A stretch of 32,000 nucleotides of DNA from Ferroglobus placidus DSM 10642. Lineage in GTDB: Archaea > Halobacteriota > Archaeoglobi > Archaeoglobales > Archaeoglobaceae. The translations under genes were made by a program, and so were the position numbers. This document shows positions 23,578 through 31,811 of the stretch, piece after piece. The notes under the pieces are model-generated. The model was given only the letters and a program-made list of their open reading frames with translations, did not search any database and was not told the DNA's origin. Position 1 is the stretch's first letter; each line of letters opens with the position of its first letter. The DNA lies in the NCBI RefSeq assembly GCF_000025505.1, contig NC_013849.1:1470001-1502000 (forward strand), in the 5' to 3' direction.

Positions 23578-24160
23578 GCAGGATTACTACTACTGGAAGG
23601 CTAAGAAGGAAGGATACAGAAGCAGAGCAGCTTACAAGCTCAAGCAGATAAATGCGAAGTTCGAGATAATCAAGAAGGGTTACCACGTTCTCGATCTCGG
23701 CGCCTCTCCCGGAGGATGGAGTCAGGTAGCTGTAGAGCTCGGAGCTGACGTTGTTGCCGTGGATTTGAATCCGATGAAACCCATCGAGGGGGTTGTTTTC
23801 ATAAAAGGAGACATAACGAAAGAGGAGACGAAAGAGGAGATCAGGAAAATCAGAGACAAGTTCGATGTCGTTTTGTGCGACGCTTCTCCGAAAATAACCG
23901 GGAAATGGGATCTTGACCACTTCCTTTCAATGGAATTGGCGAAAGCCGCTTTCGACATTGCAAAAGAGTTCTTAAAGCCCGGAGGAAACTTCGTCGTTAA
24001 GTTGTTTCAGGGAGCGGAGTTGGAAGAAGTGGTGAGAGAATTTAAGAAGTATTTCAGGTTCAAAAAGCTTCACGCTCCTCCAGCTTCGAGAAAAAGGAGT
24101 GCCGAAATCTACTTCATAGGAAAGGGATTCGGAGGGAAGTTCAGACCGAAAAGAGACTAA
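23567..24160 (+). CDS. rlmE: 23S rRNA 2'-O-ribose methyltransferase RlmE/FtsJ
   Basis: YYWKAKKEGYRSRAAYKLKQI, the SAM motif VLDLGASPGGWSQVA, and DVVLCDASP and VVKLFQG motifs. Confidence 0.85.
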   Translation: MKDRQDYYYWKAKKEGYRSRAAYKLKQINAKFEIIKKGYHVLDLGASPGGWSQVAVELGADVVAVDLNPMKPIEGVVFIKGDITKEETKEEIRKIRDKFDVVLCDASPKITGKWDLDHFLSMELAKAAFDIAKEFLKPGGNFVVKLFQGAELEEVVREFKKYFRFKKLHAPPASRKRSAEIYFIGKGFGGKFRPKRD

Positions 24161-24576
24161 ATCAACCTCTTCTTACCTTCTCCCGGCTTGAGAGAGTACA
24201 CTTTTTCCGGATAAACGACTATCGCAGCTTTCGGGCTCCTCCTTCCACCGCTCTCTTTCTCGACGAACTCTTTTATTTCTTCAAAGAATTCTCCTTTTTC
24301 GTGTATTTCAGCTCTTCCTTTAACAAGGTAACCGTCGAAACCTCCTTCGACTTTTTTCGCAACTCCTACAGCAACCTTCGGATTCTTTTTAATGTTTTCT
24401 ACGGTCTTTTTCACAAAATTGTAAGCGATTACGAGCTTATCTTCTCTGCTTAAAACGAAGCAAACCGGTGCTAAGTGCAATTCTTTGCCGTAGCTTGCTA
24501 TCCACACCAAAAAGTCCTTTTTGCAGTTGTTTTCGAAAAATTTTAAAATCTCACTTAGCTTTGGCATACCTCTCAA
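24157..24576 (-). CDS. Pyridoxamine-5'-phosphate-oxidase-like FMN-binding split-barrel protein
   Basis: ~135 aa with alternating beta-strand pattern LHLAPVCFVLSREDKLVIAYNFVKKTVENIKKNPKVAV..GYLVKGRAEI typical of the PNPOx-like fold. Alternative start at MPKLSEIL. Confidence 0.6.
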   Translation of the reverse strand: MRGMPKLSEILKFFENNCKKDFLVWIASYGKELHLAPVCFVLSREDKLVIAYNFVKKTVENIKKNPKVAVGVAKKVEGGFDGYLVKGRAEIHEKGEFFEEIKEFVEKESGGRRSPKAAIVVYPEKVYSLKPGEGKKRLI

Positions 24577-24907
24577 TAGCTTCTAAGATCTTCGTCCTAT
24601 TTAACGGTTTTTCGATAACTTCCTTAGCTCCAGCTTTAAGCATAGCCTCTTTTTTCGCTGCGGCAAATGCGGTAATCCCTATTATCACCGCATTCTCGTC
24701 CTCTTTGAGAATTTCTTCCGTAGCTTGTATCCTGTCCTTGTCCGGAAGAACTATGTCCATTAAAACAACATCCGGCTTGTGGTACTTGTAGAGTTTAACT
24801 GCCTCCTCGCCGTTGTCCGCTTCGATAACGAAATGATCTTTTAAAATAGTTTTCAGAATTTCCCTCACCACGGGGTCGTCTTCTACTACGAGCACTTTTA
24901 AACCCAT
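24551..24907 (-). CDS. Single-domain response regulator (CheY-like receiver)
   Basis: KVLVVEDD, the phospho-acceptor context PDVVLMDIVLP, ITAF and a conserved Lys (EKP). Confidence 0.85.
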   Translation of the reverse strand: MGLKVLVVEDDPVVREILKTILKDHFVIEADNGEEAVKLYKYHKPDVVLMDIVLPDKDRIQATEEILKEDENAVIIGITAFAAAKKEAMLKAGAKEVIEKPLNRTKILEAIERYAKAK

Positions 24908-24963
24908 ACATTAACTGATAGTGATAAGAATTATAAATATGCTTCGCACTACATCATATCGTA

Positions 24964-26811
24964 ATGGTGGAGTTCATCGTCGATTTGAATGGAAATGTAG
25001 TTTGGAAGGACAAAAAATTTGCGGTGGTGTTTGATGATAAAAAGAAATGTTACGAGTTGATCCACAAATCCGAGGAAAGACCATTTTTTTGTCCAGCTCT
25101 AAGGAATGAAGAAAAAGTCTTCTTTTGCGAATACGCTGGAGAGGATAGAATTTTCGAAGTTACGAGAATCGAGCTTGAGGGTAAGGTTTACTACCACCAC
25201 AGGATGAAAACTCTGAAAGAAACTATCTCGGAATTCGTTGAATGCGAGTTAATATCAAGCAAAGCTGGAGTCGGCTACGCTTTAATAATTGACAACAAAA
25301 TCTTGAAATCTCACAATTGTGAAGCCGGAAGCTACGAGGAGATTAAGAGTAAGTACAAGCTTCTTGCCGAGATTGGGTGTTACTTCGGAGATCAGACTGG
25401 TAAGGTTTTAGTTTTCTCTAAGGAAGACTCGCTAACTTCAAAAGTCGACGAAGCTTTCAAAATCCTGAGGGTTATTGAAAACTCCGAAGTAGTTGGCATG
25501 CTGATATATCAGGACGACTACTTCGTCTACGTAAACAGAGGTGCAGAAAAAGTCACTGGATTTAGCAAGGAAGAGTTGATGTCTAAACCCTTCTGGGAGT
25601 TCGCCCACGAGTCTGTCAGGGAAGTTGTCAAGGAAAGAGGTAGGAGAAGGCAGAGAGGAGAAAAGGTTGAGCCGAGAGTTTACGTAATTCCCTTTATCAC
25701 GAAGGCGGGCGAAGTAAAATACGGACTGTTTTGGTTCGACAACATAATTTACAATGGGAAACCTGCGGGAATAACGATTTTCTTCGACGTAACGGAAAGA
25801 ATTGAAAGCGAAGAACTCTTCAAGAGTCTTTTCTTCTCCTCTCCAATTGGACAGTACATTCTCGTCGACAAAAAGTTCGAGATAGTCAACTCTACTTTCG
25901 AAAAAATTACCGGATACTCTCTGGAAGAGCTTAGAGGCAAGTACTGGTATGAGCTCGTTCACGAAGAGGATAGGGAGAAGGTCAGAAGGTGTGCCGTTGA
26001 AATGCTGAAAGGTTTGAGGAATGAACCCTACGAGTATCGAGCGGTACGTAAAGACGGAAAAGTCAAGTGGATTCTCGAGAGCGTCGTTCCTATAAGATAC
26101 AAAGGAAAAAGAGCAGTGTTGGGGAACTTTATGGACATAACCGAAAGAAAAGAGCTCGAAGAACTCAATGAAAGGCTTTTAGAATACACGACGCACCTAA
26201 ACAGAATGCTCAGGCACGATCTTAAGAATGTCCTCTCCGCAATCTCTCTTTCAACTGAGCTTCTCAAAGAGCAGAAAGTTAACGAGAAGCTCACGGAGCT
26301 GATAGAGAAATCCGTAAGTAAAGGGTTTGAAATCATAGAATCGGCGAAAGAGTCGGAGGAGGTATTAAAAACTGGAAAGCTTAAGGAAATTAACCTTAAG
26401 GACGTTTTAACGAAAATTGAAGAGTGCTACGAGAACGTGGAAATTAACGCTGAAGAAGTGGTTGTTCTGGCTGACAACACTATTTTCAACGTGCTAACCA
26501 ATTTGGTTGAGAACGCATTCAAACACGGAGGAGCGAAGAAGGTGAGAATTTCGGTGAGAAAAGAGGACGAATTTGCCGTGATAACTGTGGAAGACGACGG
26601 AAAAGGAATTCCCAAGGAGATTAGAGAAAAAATATTCGACTACGGTTTCAGCTACGGAGAAAAAGCCGGTAATGGTATGGGGTTGTACGTCGTTAAAAAA
26701 GCCGTTGAGCGGTGGGGAGGAAGAATAAGCGTGAGCGATAGCGACCTCGGCGGAGCCAAATTTGTAATAATGCTCGGGTGCGTCGAATGCCTACGGAAAA
26801 AGCACTCTTAA
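24964..26811 (+). CDS. Sensor histidine kinase with Cys-containing N-terminal domain, two PAS domains, H-box and HATPase_c
   Basis: PAS cores (..YVNRGAEKVTGFSKEELMSKPFWEF.., ..NSTFEKITGYSLEELRGKYWYELVHEED..), H-box LNRMLRHDLKNVLSAI, N-box LVENAFKHG, G1 VEDDGKGIP and G2 GNGMGLYVV. Confidence 0.85.
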   Translation: MVEFIVDLNGNVVWKDKKFAVVFDDKKKCYELIHKSEERPFFCPALRNEEKVFFCEYAGEDRIFEVTRIELEGKVYYHHRMKTLKETISEFVECELISSKAGVGYALIIDNKILKSHNCEAGSYEEIKSKYKLLAEIGCYFGDQTGKVLVFSKEDSLTSKVDEAFKILRVIENSEVVGMLIYQDDYFVYVNRGAEKVTGFSKEELMSKPFWEFAHESVREVVKERGRRRQRGEKVEPRVYVIPFITKAGEVKYGLFWFDNIIYNGKPAGITIFFDVTERIESEELFKSLFFSSPIGQYILVDKKFEIVNSTFEKITGYSLEELRGKYWYELVHEEDREKVRRCAVEMLKGLRNEPYEYRAVRKDGKVKWILESVVPIRYKGKRAVLGNFMDITERKELEELNERLLEYTTHLNRMLRHDLKNVLSAISLSTELLKEQKVNEKLTELIEKSVSKGFEIIESAKESEEVLKTGKLKEINLKDVLTKIEECYENVEINAEEVVVLADNTIFNVLTNLVENAFKHGGAKKVRISVRKEDEFAVITVEDDGKGIPKEIREKIFDYGFSYGEKAGNGMGLYVVKKAVERWGGRISVSDSDLGGAKFVIMLGCVECLRKKHS

Positions 26812-27860
26812 AAGAAGTTATAGAGCTGCTTAGAGAGAGCGAGGAGAAGTACAGGAGGATTTTTGAGAATTCGAACCTCGCAATAATCCTGGCTGATAAG
26901 GACGGAACAATAAAAGAAGCGAACGCAAAAGCGGAAAGAATTTTCGGAAAGGTAATGGGCAAGAACATTAGAAGGCTGAGCGAGAGAATGTTTTCTGCTG
27001 TAAATAGAAGCATATACGAAGACAGCTTGATAGAGTTTGAAGAGAGAATTCTGAACAGGTTTCTCAAAGTCCTCGTAGCGCCTGTGGAGATAGGTGGAAG
27101 AGCAGAGGCTATCGTGATATGCGACGACATAACCGATCTCGTAACTTACCAGCGACTCTTAAAAGCGCTTCTCGAAGTTGAAAGGAAAATTCTCTTGGAA
27201 AGAGATTTGAACGAGATTTTCGAGTTTGCTGAAAACGTTCTCGTTAGTAGCATAGGCTACGAGAAAGTTCTCGTCGGAGAGCTAATTAAAGAGAAAATAA
27301 AATTCGTAGATTTAACGGTTGATGATTACCAAAAGCTGGGAATGAAGTGCGTGGAAACTGCTTTGAAAACGAAAAAACCGGTTGTTGCCAATACGGAGAA
27401 GAGCAAAGCTTGTAAAAATTGCATGTTCGCGGATGATAAGGGTCTCGTGACAATGGTTTTTCCAATTTTTGGAGGCGATAAAAACTATTTACTCTTCATA
27501 TTTTCGAAAAGAGAGCCAACGAGCGAGGAAGTCGATCTTCTGCTTACGACGAGCGAAAGCATATCCTTTAAAATAAAAGCTCTGAAAATGGAAGAAGAAA
27601 AAGAAGAAGCTCTAAAAGCAGTTCTTGAAAGCATAAAAATTTACAGCGAACTGGTAGATCAAATAAGAAATTACATCACGGTAATAAAAGGTCTCGTAGA
27701 GTACAAGGAAGACTTCTTAAGGAAGTTCGGAGAGAAGTTCTACGAAATAATCGCCGAAAGAGCTGACATGATTGACGAGCTGTTAAAAGAGATAGATAAA
27801 GATTGGGTAGAATTGGAAAAACTAATTGAAAAAATTACTCCTCCTTCTTCTCAAGAGTGA
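26787..27860 (+). CDS. PAS + GAF-like + degenerate H-box protein (pseudo-histidine-kinase lacking the ATPase domain)
   Basis: PAS core [33 protein letters not shown], a GAF-like middle region and a C-terminal helix ..[17 protein letters not shown].. that resembles an H-box without His. No HATPase_c domain. Overlaps the kinase gene end (alternative GTG 26778). Confidence 0.65.
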   Translation: MPTEKALLKEVIELLRESEEKYRRIFENSNLAIILADKDGTIKEANAKAERIFGKVMGKNIRRLSERMFSAVNRSIYEDSLIEFEERILNRFLKVLVAPVEIGGRAEAIVICDDITDLVTYQRLLKALLEVERKILLERDLNEIFEFAENVLVSSIGYEKVLVGELIKEKIKFVDLTVDDYQKLGMKCVETALKTKKPVVANTEKSKACKNCMFADDKGLVTMVFPIFGGDKNYLLFIFSKREPTSEEVDLLLTTSESISFKIKALKMEEEKEEALKAVLESIKIYSELVDQIRNYITVIKGLVEYKEDFLRKFGEKFYEIIAERADMIDELLKEIDKDWVELEKLIEKITPPSSQE

Positions 27861-28113
27861 TCTCTATCGTCGAGACGTTTACTTTCCTTCCCTGTTCGCT
27901 TTCGAGCTCTTCCGTGTCTATTTTTATGCTCGTCACGTCCACGTTTGGCAAAAACCTGTTTCTGACTATCTCTGCAACGTCAACAGCTCTGCTTATCGCC
28001 TTTCCCCTCGCCTTGATAACAACCTTCGTTGCCCCCTCATTGAATTGCGTTAATGTCGCGAGCACATAGTTCATTATCGGCTTTGTCCCGACGAATACTG
28101 TTCCCTCGCTCAT
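27835..28113 (-). CDS. albA: Alba chromatin / RNA-binding protein (Sso10b family)
   Basis: [54 protein letters not shown].. is a near-textbook Alba sequence. The alternative upstream ATG 28119 adds MN. Confidence 0.9.
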   Translation of the reverse strand: MSEGTVFVGTKPIMNYVLATLTQFNEGATKVVIKARGKAISRAVDVAEIVRNRFLPNVDVTSIKIDTEELESEQGRKVNVSTIEITLEKKEE

Positions 28114-28158
28114 GTTCATGCGGAAAGCATTTCGTTATTTAAGTTTTGCTTAAGGTGG

Positions 28159-29505
28159 ATGGTTAACTTCGAAAGCTATTTCCTCCGAAATCACTCAGTA
28201 AAACTGAAAAACATATTTATAGCGATAGCCGAAGTCCCTATTGTGAGGCTCCTCTCCCTCCTACTGATCTTAAGTTTAAGCTTGATCGGAGCTGCTAATG
28301 CTCAAGTGATAGTTTCGATTAACGCGGAATACAGAATGAGCGATCTGAATTCCGGTAAAGACGTTTTCATTCTCAGATTCAAGAATATCAACGAGACGAC
28401 GAACATGCTTTTAAGCTTGGATCTCCCTCCAATAAGACTTTACGGAGATTATTCAGTTAGAAGCATTCCTTCCGGTGGAATAGATTACAGAGTGGTTGAG
28501 GTTAACAACACTCCATACTTGCTCGTGAGCGTAAGGAAAGTCCTAACGCCTTTGGAGGAGTACGAGGTTATTGTTGAACGGGAAATCGAAAGCCCCTTTG
28601 TGAAGCTCGACGGCATTTACAGATTCGTCGCAATGGAGTATCCCGACTTCTTCTTAGCCAGCGGAATTCATGTTTCTTCCATAAAGATCGCTCTCGACTT
28701 TCCTGACAGAATTTACATGAATTACAAAGTTATATCCCTCAGCTCCAATTCGAGGATAATCTACGGAGCTCTTGACACCATCGACAGAATAGAGTGGACT
28801 TTCAGCGATCCAAAAACTCAGTCTGTTGCGATAGTAGAATTCGTCGAAACTCCAAACTACTTCTTCATAAACGTCCTCGGAGCTTCTCTAACGGCTTTAG
28901 CCTTCGTCGGTTTGTTCATTTTAAACGCGAGGCTCGAAAGAAAGCTGAAATCTCACGAATTTATAGCTTCTCCACCTTTCAGCGGAGAAATTCTGACGAG
29001 GATGAAGGAGATGATAAAGAGGGCTGAAAAGGAAGTTCTCCTAACTTCCCCCCACATCTACTACACCGATTGGCTAACAGCGGAACTTCAACCCCTCTTC
29101 TCAAAAGGTGTGGATGTGAAAATAATCACGTGGCCGGGTTACGAAAGAAGACAGTTCAAGAGCGTTGAAGAAGTTTACGAAGATAAGAAGCAGCTTTTCA
29201 CGCTGAAAAGATTTCTGGAGATGTTTCCGAGGGGAAGCGTTAAACTTAACGACAACATACACTCCAAAGTTTTAATAGTTGATGAAAGGGAGGTGCTGCT
29301 AACGACAGCCAACCTAACTCAGACCGGACTGTTCGAAAACTACGAATCTGGAATTTACGCCAAAAATGAGGAACTCGCCAAGGCTGCGAGAAACTACTTT
29401 TACCAGGTGTGGAATTCTGAAGAGTCCGTCTTTCTTTCGGAAGAGATGCTCGACGTTAAGAAGTGTTGGGAGGAGATAATGAAGAGGAAGGAGGCGAGGA
29501 GATGA
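28159..29505 (+). CDS. Membrane-anchored protein with extracellular N-terminal domain and cytoplasmic single-HKD phospholipase-D/nuclease-fold domain
   Basis: Signal-like RLLSLLLILSLSLIGAANA and an internal TM FINVLGASLTALAFVGLFIL. HKD motif NIHSKVLIVDEREVLLTTANLTQTG. The start may instead be GTG 28243, ~26 nt downstream of a CATATTTATAG TATA-like box. Confidence 0.7.
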   Translation: MVNFESYFLRNHSVKLKNIFIAIAEVPIVRLLSLLLILSLSLIGAANAQVIVSINAEYRMSDLNSGKDVFILRFKNINETTNMLLSLDLPPIRLYGDYSVRSIPSGGIDYRVVEVNNTPYLLVSVRKVLTPLEEYEVIVEREIESPFVKLDGIYRFVAMEYPDFFLASGIHVSSIKIALDFPDRIYMNYKVISLSSNSRIIYGALDTIDRIEWTFSDPKTQSVAIVEFVETPNYFFINVLGASLTALAFVGLFILNARLERKLKSHEFIASPPFSGEILTRMKEMIKRAEKEVLLTSPHIYYTDWLTAELQPLFSKGVDVKIITWPGYERRQFKSVEEVYEDKKQLFTLKRFLEMFPRGSVKLNDNIHSKVLIVDEREVLLTTANLTQTGLFENYESGIYAKNEELAKAARNYFYQVWNSEESVFLSEEMLDVKKCWEEIMKRKEARR

Positions 29506-30455
29506 TATTCGACGACATCGGCAGTTTTCCCCTCCCTGAGGGGATTTCGAAGGATTGGGTTGAGAAAAATTACCTAAGCAAGGAGTACGCTGAGATGGTG
29601 AAAAGAGCGTTTATAATGAAGCAGAAGGCTGGGGTTGAGCTACCGAATTATCCCCAGTTCAGGGACATGAACGAGATGTTTCTGGAAATAATCAGAGACG
29701 AGAAAAAGCAGGAGGAGCCTTTCGTTGTAAAAAAAGATGAGGCGGTAATTGTTGAACTCGAAGTTTTGAAGGAAATGAAAGTTGAAGCGGTTAGGGTTTG
29801 CGTAACCGGACCCTTTGAACTATACTACAGAGAGTTCGGAACTAAAATTTACGATGACGTTCTGGAAGCTTTTGGAAAATCCGTTGCGAGGTTCGTTGAG
29901 AAAGCCTGTGAGTGGGATGCCGTTAAATGCGTTAGCTTGGACGAGCCGAGCCTTGGAACTAATCCGGAGCTTCAGCCAAGTCTTGATCAGATTCAGATTG
30001 CCTACGAGAAGATTAAAGCAAATGTTGACGTTCAAATTCATCTTCACTCTCCGGTCTTCTACAGAGAAGTCCTCGAAGTTGAGAACATTAACGTCATAGG
30101 GATAGAAGCTGCGAGAGATGAAAAAGCCATGGATTTCGTTGATGTTGAAGAGATAGAAAGTTACGATAAATTCCTCAGAGTTGGTGTTGCGAGAAGCGAT
30201 TTCGACGCGATGATTGCAGAATACAACGCTAAAACCGGAGAGAACGTCTGGGGAGATGTTGAAAAAATGGAGAGAGCTCTGGATGAAATAGAAAGCGTCG
30301 AGAAGATAAGGGGAAGGCTGAAAAAGGCTGTAGAAAAGTTCGGAGAAAGGTTGAAGTACGTTGGAGCAGATTGCGGGCTTATGAGCTTTTACTCACAAGA
30401 GCTTGCTTTCAAACACCTGAGAAAAATAAAGGAAGCTAAGGAGGGATTGAAATAG
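29502..30455 (+). CDS. Cobalamin-independent methionine synthase (MetE C-terminal-domain)-like protein
   Basis: ATG 29502 overlaps the upstream stop (ATGA). MIFDDIGSFPLP.., IHLHSP, IGIEAARDE and GADCGLMS resemble the Meth_synt_2/UROD-like barrel motifs (recalled). The function is not certain. Confidence 0.5.
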   Translation: MIFDDIGSFPLPEGISKDWVEKNYLSKEYAEMVKRAFIMKQKAGVELPNYPQFRDMNEMFLEIIRDEKKQEEPFVVKKDEAVIVELEVLKEMKVEAVRVCVTGPFELYYREFGTKIYDDVLEAFGKSVARFVEKACEWDAVKCVSLDEPSLGTNPELQPSLDQIQIAYEKIKANVDVQIHLHSPVFYREVLEVENINVIGIEAARDEKAMDFVDVEEIESYDKFLRVGVARSDFDAMIAEYNAKTGENVWGDVEKMERALDEIESVEKIRGRLKKAVEKFGERLKYVGADCGLMSFYSQELAFKHLRKIKEAKEGLK

Positions 30456-30526
30456 ACTATCTAAGTTTCTTTTTCACGGCTTTAACGACTCTATTCGTCA
30501 TAGTCGATCCCCCCGGAAACATCCCG

Positions 30527-31069
30527 ATGTTCATAGCTTTAACAGAAAAACTCGATAAAGATTTGGTGGACAGAATTTCGAAGAAGGCTGTAACGATAGC
30601 CTCGTCGATCCTCATAATTTTCGTTTTTGGCGGTTACGCAGTCATGGAATTCTTCAGAATATCGATAGAATCGTTGAAAGTGGCTGGAGGGCTTTTGCTG
30701 TTTATAGTCTCGGTGGACATTTTACTCGGAAGAAAAACGAGGGAGTACTACTTCCAGAAGGGGCTTGAAAGCGTCGATGTCGATTCTATAGCAGTCTTTC
30801 CTCTCGCGTTACCCCTTTACACGGGTCCCGGAGCGATAACGGCAACGATAGTCTTAGCCTCGGAAGCTGATATCGTAGGAAAAATAATTTTGGTTCTTGC
30901 GATACTCGTCGTTTACGGAATAGTCAGACTCACGCACGTTTACAGCGCAGCGATAATCTCCCTTCTCGGAAAGAGCGGCTCTGATATAATCGCCAGAGTT
31001 ATGGCGATTTTCCTCGCTTCGATAGGGGTTGAGTATATATTTGACGGAGCGCTATCTATTCTGAGGTGA
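30527..31069 (+). CDS. MarC/UPF0056-family integral membrane protein (N-terminus probably lies upstream of the first ATG)
   Basis: Polytopic protein. The in-frame upstream codons encode ..LSFFFTALTTLFVIVDPPGNIPMF.., the conserved family N-terminal motif, but no ATG, GTG or TTG lies between the in-frame stop (30437-30439) and 30527. Confidence 0.75.
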   Translation: MFIALTEKLDKDLVDRISKKAVTIASSILIIFVFGGYAVMEFFRISIESLKVAGGLLLFIVSVDILLGRKTREYYFQKGLESVDVDSIAVFPLALPLYTGPGAITATIVLASEADIVGKIILVLAILVVYGIVRLTHVYSAAIISLLGKSGSDIIARVMAIFLASIGVEYIFDGALSILR

Positions 31070-31073
31070 GAGC

Positions 31074-31811
31074 ATGCATAGAGCAATCGCCGAAAAAATT
31101 CCAGAGGGAAAAAAGATCGCTATCGGAATTTACAGGGAAAGAGAAGGTTACGACAAGAAAGTTATGAAAGCCGCGAAACTCTGCAACTTTGCCGAAGTTG
31201 TTGTCGTTGACGAGGGAGAAGAGACCGAAAAAAAGCTCTTAGACATGGTTGAAAAGGGGGAAGTTGATGCAGCAGTTAGAGGAACTGCGAGAGCCTCGAA
31301 GATGATCGCTGAGCTAAAAAGGAGAGGCTACGAGTTTGTGAGAATCGCTTTACTCGAAACCTTCTACGGAAAACTCTTCTTGCTCTCACCGGTCGGGGTT
31401 GACGAAGGAAAAACTTTGGCTGAGAAGATCGTGATTGCTGAAGAAGCTAAGAAAATGGCTTTAAAGCTTGGCATGAATGATAGAGTTGCTTTTTTAGCCG
31501 GAGGAAGGCTCGGGGATATTGGTAGGAGCGAGGAGGTCGACAGAAGTCTTGCTGAGGCTGAACTTCTCGCAAAAATTTGCGGGGGCGTAAATAGAGAGAT
31601 TCTACTTGAGGACGTTGAAGAGGACATAATAATTCCGCCGAACGGGATGATAGGAAACTACATATTCAGGGCGATGTGCTACCTCGGTGGAGGAAAAGAA
31701 TACGGAGCCTATTACGCTAAGCTACCCTTCACTCTGATAGACACGAGCAGAGCTCAGAGTGCCGAAGGCTATTTAAGAGCTTTAGCTTTGGCAGCGGTGA
31801 TGTCGGAATGA
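31074..31811 (+). CDS. Phosphate acyltransferase-fold protein, MtxX / methanogenesis-marker-4-like
   Basis: IAIGI.., DAAVRGTA.., FLAGGRLGDIGRSEEVDRSL and PPNGMIGNYIFRAM resemble the PTA_PTB-fold MtxX family as I recall it. Confidence 0.4.
   Translation: MHRAIAEKIPEGKKIAIGIYREREGYDKKVMKAAKLCNFAEVVVVDEGEETEKKLLDMVEKGEVDAAVRGTARASKMIAELKRRGYEFVRIALLETFYGKLFLLSPVGVDEGKTLAEKIVIAEEAKKMALKLGMNDRVAFLAGGRLGDIGRSEEVDRSLAEAELLAKICGGVNREILLEDVEEDIIIPPNGMIGNYIFRAMCYLGGGKEYGAYYAKLPFTLIDTSRAQSAEGYLRALALAAVMSE

Noticed and set aside
23324-23958. 198-aa and 78-aa minus ORFs antisense to the YjbQ and rlmE genes
   Set aside because: The sense-strand products match well-known families over their full length. 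The antisense products are Arg/Leu/Ser-rich with no motifs.
25438-27130. Minus-strand ORFs of 174, 63, 102, 62 and 145 aa across the kinase and pseudo-kinase genes
   Set aside because: Shadow ORFs created by the Glu/Lys-rich (GAA/AAG) sense coding. No starts with ribosome-binding sites and no motifs.
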